A stretch of DNA of 62,476 bases, counting the filler. It is 21 parts of 21 records of this genome, joined end to end, with 100 filler letters (N's around TTAATTAATTAA, not from the genome) between each part and the next. Parts side by side here need not be neighbours in the genome. Positions count along the whole stretch, not along the records: positions 57,402 to 59,524 come from SRR36015645_169793; positions 59,625 to 62,476 come from SRR36015645_171275; 19 more parts are not named here. One strand, 5' to 3'. The notes under the pieces are model-generated. The model saw only the letters and a list, made by a program, of their open reading frames with translations. It searched no databases and had not been told where the DNA came from. Positions within the stretch are counted from its first letter, which is position 1, and every line of letters begins with the position of its first letter. Positions 57,638 to 62,476 of this stretch are shown here, piece after piece. The position numbers and the translations under genes were made by a program.

Positions 57638-59524
57638 ATGGCAGCAAGTTATGCTGCACGAGTATCTGCAAACTCGCGAATGCCAGCTGCAAGTCGAGCC
57701 AGGTCTACATTCCAAAGGGAAAACACCGTCGTATTTTCTGACAAGGGGATAGACAGTGATATAACAGCCGAGGATGTTGTTTTGTCAATCAGCAACACTT
57801 TGGGCATAGAAACATCGCATATTGTCCAGAGAATCCCGTGCGTCACAAGGAATAGCTTTGGATGGTGGAATATCACGTTCCAACATGCTACCGACCGAGA
57901 TACGTTATGTCAGTTGGGCATAACAGTGGCAAACAGGATTATTGCTTGTTATCCTGTTAAATCCAGCAACAAAGTGATCGTGTATGTCGAGGCCCCATAC
58001 GAGATGCCGAATGAACCAATAATCCAGGCACTGGGAAACTACGGCTCCCTGACCACCAGCAACATGCGCCGCCTCACACATAGTGGCGCTAGTGATTTCA
58101 TGCAGCACATCGAGAAGGGTGTCCGTAGCGTGGAAGTCGATTTGAAGAACGTTATACCGAGTTATATTGAAATCCAGGGGTATAGGCTGCACGTTTCATA
58201 CAAGGGTCAGCCTAGAACGTGCAGAATATGCAATGATCCGAAGCATGTCGCCAAAGACTGTCCCATGAAAGGTCAAATTAAATGTTTTGCATGCGGCCTT
58301 TTTGGGCACAAATCAGCAGATTGTAAAAACAAAAAAGCTACTAAACAGGGTGACACAAATGATGCAAATGAACAGTCAATTGGTATTCCTAATTCTAACA
58401 TAGCTAACGCTGTTAATATTGAAGTTGATGTTGACTCAGGTACTACCGATGTTGCTAATAATAACAACACTAAAGATCAAGATGTATCTAATGCTAGAAG
58501 TGAAACTCTTGAAAATAATGCATTAGATATTATTTCAAGCCTGTCAAATAATGCAGTCTCTGCTGATGTTAATGTTAGCTCAAATAGTACATCCATAGGT
58601 AGGCCTATTGATAATGCACGCAATGCTATAAATGATAATACATGTAATACACCTAACGATATACATGTAGGCCTACCTGTAAAAGATGCCAATATACTTG
58701 TAGGGCCTACTACTTCTGTTAGAAATGTAGGCCTTGATACCGATAATGCCGATACTAATGCAGCAATGAGCACCAATCATGTTATTTCAGGTATTTCAGG
58801 TACACACACATTAGACAGTGGTCATCGTGAACAAATCCAGCTCTCTCCCTCAGTTTCTGAAAAACTTTCCCAGCCTGCGGAGCCAAACAGCACATCAAAT
58901 CAATCTAACCAGCTCAATACAGCAGACGGTAAGAATTTGCATACTGCAGACAGAGGCGCCAAGGTAATGAATGGGATGCAATCCGGCGATATGCAAATTT
59001 CAGAGACTGATAGTACTACTGACCCAGAAAAGTCTGGCAATCAGCTGACGATGTCAACAAACGCGGACACGGGAAGCAGTAAGGAAAAAACAACGGTGGA
59101 AGAAACTGGGGCTACTGAAAGTGGCTGTATCATGAACGAAAGTGTAGGAGGACGCTCATATGTAACAGAAAACGATGTAATCGAAAATTTTAAACGAAAA
59201 AACGCTCTACATGGAATAAGCAGTAGCTCGAACACCAGTTTTGCAAGTGTTGAGTCATCTTTTTATGACGCCGAAGAAGAACAGGGCACTGGGGACAAAC
59301 CGACAGATGGAGGCAATACGACCCCGAGCACCTCAAATGACGTCAGAATAGTATCAAGTACAATCACAAATGGAAATAATCAAATGCCCCCGTTAAAACG
59401 GTTCAAAGTAACAAGCACGAAACAAAATGAAGAAATGGAACTAGAAGCAATGGATACATCGATCAAGGAAGAAATTACGGACAAAAATAAACGGACAAAC
59501 AAACAGATGAAAATTCCGCCAGGA
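57638..59524 (+). CDS. LINE ORF1p (two CCHC knuckles); 3' partial; homolog of 3614-5449
   Basis: RENTVVF, RIPCVTRNSFG, EAPYEMP, IEKGVRS, CRICNDPKHVAKDC, CFACGLFGHKSADC. Confidence 0.88.
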
Positions 59525-59624
59525 NNNNNNNNNNNNNNNNNNNNNNNNNNNNNNNNNNNNNNNNNNNNTTAATTAATTAANNNNNNNNNNNNNNNNNNNN
59601 NNNNNNNNNNNNNNNNNNNNNNNN

Positions 59625-60119
59625 GGATATAGCGAGATTTTTGATGAATGGAAAGATCTAAATGAAATATTTGTGCGCCCACAGAGTGTGATTGTTAGCG
59701 ATGCTTTGCAACATTTTTTGAATGAACTGAAGCTGAGTATTGTGGAAAATTTGAGTGGTGCTAGGAAAGTAAGTTGTGTAAAACATATCAGTTTAAATGT
59801 GCAGTTAGATACATACATGGCTACACTTGGGAAATTCGCGACAGATGCTTTAAAGGAGTCAAATTTGGATAACTTCAATAAACTTGACTATCTCCTTGAA
59901 AAGCAATGGCACGTGCGCATATTGAATGAAAATCTAGACTTCGCTCGAATTGTCCCCGGCACTTTCACTTTTCGTGTGAGTGAGCGACGCAGGCTGGAGA
60001 CATTCTCTGAAAATGGAGAAAAGGTTTTTGTGCACCGTGGGTTTGTGTGCCACATACGTTTTATTGTGGAAACAGGGAACGAACAGGACTATATCCGATT
60101 GTTTAAAAGTGCAGCCTAA
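59625..60119 (+). CDS. Unknown protein, 5' partial; begins with a chromo-barrel/Tudor-knot-like motif
   Basis: Frame is open from the contig start: GYSEIFDEWKDLNEI..., then LDYLLEKQWHVRILNENLDFARIVPGTFTF. Ends 79 nt before the transposase ATG. Confidence 0.55.
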   Translation, partial: GYSEIFDEWKDLNEIFVRPQSVIVSDALQHFLNELKLSIVENLSGARKVSCVKHISLNVQLDTYMATLGKFATDALKESNLDNFNKLDYLLEKQWHVRILNENLDFARIVPGTFTFRVSERRRLETFSENGEKVFVHRGFVCHIRFIVETGNEQDYIRLFKSAA

Positions 60120-60198
60120 AAATGTAGAATGTACTAGTAGGCCTAGTAACAGTATAGGCTATTATTGAAGTTGTGCATGAACGGTATTTTGCTACAAA

Positions 60199-62385
60199 AT
60201 GGCCTTCCATTCAATACAGTTGTCATCTAAAGAATTGTTAACACTCAGCTTGCAGCATATTGAGGAAAATAATAAATTAACTCACAAATATCGCTCATTC
60301 ACACGCACAGACTCAAAAACCTTACTTGAAAAGTTGTGTATGAAACAACGGATTAATACTGTTGATGTCGATATCGAAAGATCTGCCCAGCCATTGTTTA
60401 AAAAAATATACACTTTGTTAGCCGAACATAAAAAAGCTCGAAACTCAGGGAAACGCACAAAAGAAAATTTTGATGAAAAAATTGAGTGTCAACAGTATGA
60501 AGTCAAAATATATGGGCGCCCATCCCCAGTAAAAAGGAGACTGGATGATATTATTCAAGACTTGCAGGAACAATGTACAACTCTAAATAAAAAGCTTAAA
60601 ACTGCACAAAATTGCACCGGCAAAATTAAGGCTAAATATCGGAATTTGTTATTTGCACGTGGAGGTAGAGGAAAACAAAGAAAAACTCCGAGTAAGTTAA
60701 GTGTGCGGCAGAAACAACGACGACAGAATAGATTGTCGAAAATGTGTAAAAACATGTTGGATGTGTTAACAGAAGAGGCTGGAAATGACAAAAGTGTAAT
60801 TTTGAAAGTGTTAAAAGATGTTATTTCAACTGAGTTGCAAAACGATGACTCGGAAAATACTGAAGAGGCCATTCAGCAGCAAATGGATATGCTTTTGTAT
60901 GTTAAAGAAAAGTTTAACATTTCTAATGACGCTTTTCATGAGTTGGCCATGTTATGCAAGACGCTACCACGTTCGCATCAAATTAAGGAACGTATTAAAA
61001 AATTAAATGAAAATTACAGGGTGTATTCTATGCCAGGTGATATTATCGGAGCGCAGCAGCCCCTGAAAGATCGCCTAATGTATCGTGTATCATTACTTTG
61101 TGAAACTGAGGAAAATGGGGATGACCACGAAAATTCTGATTTTCTTAAAAATGGTATTGTGCGCGTAAAACTCTCTGGAGACGGTACAAAGATAGGCAAG
61201 AGAAATCATGTAATAGACTTCTCATTTGATCTCATAGATGAAAAAACGAGTGGCGGTGTTAACGGTAATCATGTGTTAGCTGTATTTAAATCCCAAGAGC
61301 GATATATGGACTTGCAGTTTGCGCTGTCGGACATTACTCGTGAAGTGAATGAGCTTAAAACTATCACAGTGTGTGAAAAAACATTCTTAGTGAAGTACTA
61401 TCTTGGAGGTGACATGAAATTTTTAAACATTGTTTGCGGCATTGATGCGTGTAATAGCAATTATTGTTGTCTTTGGTGTAAATGTCCTAAACTAGAAAGA
61501 GCCAACTTCGATAAATTGTGGTCAATGACTAACCCAAACCAAGGAGCAAGAACAGTTGAAGAAATAGCAAATATGTCGAAACTAAGTGACAAAACCAAAA
61601 AGTACAACTGTTCGTACCCGCCATTGTTCAATGTGCCCATACATAGGGTTGTGCCAGATACTCTGCATCTGTATTTGCGAATTTCAGACCAGCTAGTTTT
61701 GCAATTGTTGCAAGAAATTGAGCGTCGGGACCAAATTGCTGGTAAGCGCAGCAAGATTAGTAAGGGTCCATTGATGTGCAAATTTGAAGCTTTTGTGCAA
61801 TCACTGGGCATCGAGTGGTCATATTATTGTGACAAATCTTCGGGAATGTTACAGCATCGCGATTTTACTGGGCCTGAGCACCAGAGACTTGCAGAGAATA
61901 TGAATCTCGAGGATTTCTTAGCAGGCTCCCCAAAATTAGAGGGTGTTGCACAATTATGGAAAATATTTCACGAATTAATGTGTTTGCTGCGCGACAAAAA
62001 TGTTGAGGTTGATAGAGAAAAACTTGGCATCATTAAAGTGAGTAGTGTGAAATTTTTGCGTATGTACAAGGAAATTTATATGTCGAAAGATATAACGCCA
62101 TACATGCATGTCCTGGCAAATCATGTCCCTGAATCTACTGAACTACACGGGAACATAAATTATTATTGTCAGCAGGGGCTTGAGCAAACGAACAATCGCA
62201 TTACACAGTGGTTCTTCCGAAGCTCTTCTCACAAACCAAGTGAAGCATATTCGCAGTTGTTGAAGAAGCATAATCGAATTGAGCAGTTGGAGCACACTGC
62301 AAGACGTAAACTCCGCTACTACAGTTGCAAAAAATGCTCTTCAAGTGGACACAACACATTGACATGTCCATCCAAGCAGGCCTAG
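60199..62385 (+). CDS. RAG1/Transib-like DDE transposase with C-terminal CCHC knuckle
   Basis: KLSGDG (D1), LGGDMK (D2), CLWC, PDTLH, TPYMHVLANH, QQGLEQTNN (E), CKKCSSSGHNTLTC. Intact 728-aa ORF. Confidence 0.78.
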   Translation: MAFHSIQLSSKELLTLSLQHIEENNKLTHKYRSFTRTDSKTLLEKLCMKQRINTVDVDIERSAQPLFKKIYTLLAEHKKARNSGKRTKENFDEKIECQQYEVKIYGRPSPVKRRLDDIIQDLQEQCTTLNKKLKTAQNCTGKIKAKYRNLLFARGGRGKQRKTPSKLSVRQKQRRQNRLSKMCKNMLDVLTEEAGNDKSVILKVLKDVISTELQNDDSENTEEAIQQQMDMLLYVKEKFNISNDAFHELAMLCKTLPRSHQIKERIKKLNENYRVYSMPGDIIGAQQPLKDRLMYRVSLLCETEENGDDHENSDFLKNGIVRVKLSGDGTKIGKRNHVIDFSFDLIDEKTSGGVNGNHVLAVFKSQERYMDLQFALSDITREVNELKTITVCEKTFLVKYYLGGDMKFLNIVCGIDACNSNYCCLWCKCPKLERANFDKLWSMTNPNQGARTVEEIANMSKLSDKTKKYNCSYPPLFNVPIHRVVPDTLHLYLRISDQLVLQLLQEIERRDQIAGKRSKISKGPLMCKFEAFVQSLGIEWSYYCDKSSGMLQHRDFTGPEHQRLAENMNLEDFLAGSPKLEGVAQLWKIFHELMCLLRDKNVEVDREKLGIIKVSSVKFLRMYKEIYMSKDITPYMHVLANHVPESTELHGNINYYCQQGLEQTNNRITQWFFRSSSHKPSEAYSQLLKKHNRIEQLEHTARRKLRYYSCKKCSSSGHNTLTCPSKQA

Positions 62386-62476
62386 TATGTAAGTAAAATT
62401 CCTATATATTTGCTTTTTTCAGCTAGTTTGATGTAAGTCATTTTCCCCATATTATAGGCCTATGTACGAACGTGAT

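Noticed and set aside
396-61811. Numerous short antisense or nested ORFs in the track
   Set aside because: They are shadows of the long TE or host ORFs and carry no independent motifs.
60199-62385. Bona fide RAG1 gene or ProtoRAG
   Set aside because: No RING/ZnA or recognisable nonamer-binding domain, no RAG2-like kelch partner and no RSS-like TIR in view; only core motifs are shared.
1-62476. A single multi-gene system or island (for example RT + recombinase + helicase + nucleases)
   Set aside because: The genes lie on separate contigs joined by linkers; adjacency has no biological meaning.

Overview
This window is not one locus. It is 21 short contigs (about 2-5 kb each) joined by 20 identical 100-bp artificial linkers (N44-TTAATTAATTAA-N44), so neighbouring contigs are unlinked and ORF-track tails ending in X/LIN are artefacts. 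The content is mostly transposable elements from an animal, probably a marine invertebrate (inference). Retroelements: six contigs of L1/Tx1-type LINEs, two RTE-X/L2-group-like LINEs, an SGNH-esterase LINE ORF1, a BEL/Pao pol and an Ngaro/DIRS tyrosine-recombinase element. DNA transposons: a Helentron, two Academ-like transposases, a decayed Sola2-like transposase and two RAG1/Transib-like transposases. There are also two probable host exons (semaphorin-1a-like, CEP164-like), one non-coding repeat contig and one complete bacterial IS1634 element. Best leads: (1) a RAG1/Transib-like transposase directly downstream of an ORF starting with a chromo-barrel/Tudor-knot-like GYxxxxDEW motif, suggesting a transposase plus chromatin-reader pair, with a similar layout on a second contig; (2) an FFAT-like motif (SFYDAEE) conserved in the disordered tails of two diverged LINE ORF1 proteins; (3) three recoding candidates: an in-frame TAG ORF1/ORF2 junction, a G_GAT_TTT_TAA -1 slippery site, and a CCCH finger hidden in the -1 frame after a G8 run. 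All family calls come from motif recognition by eye; no searches were run.
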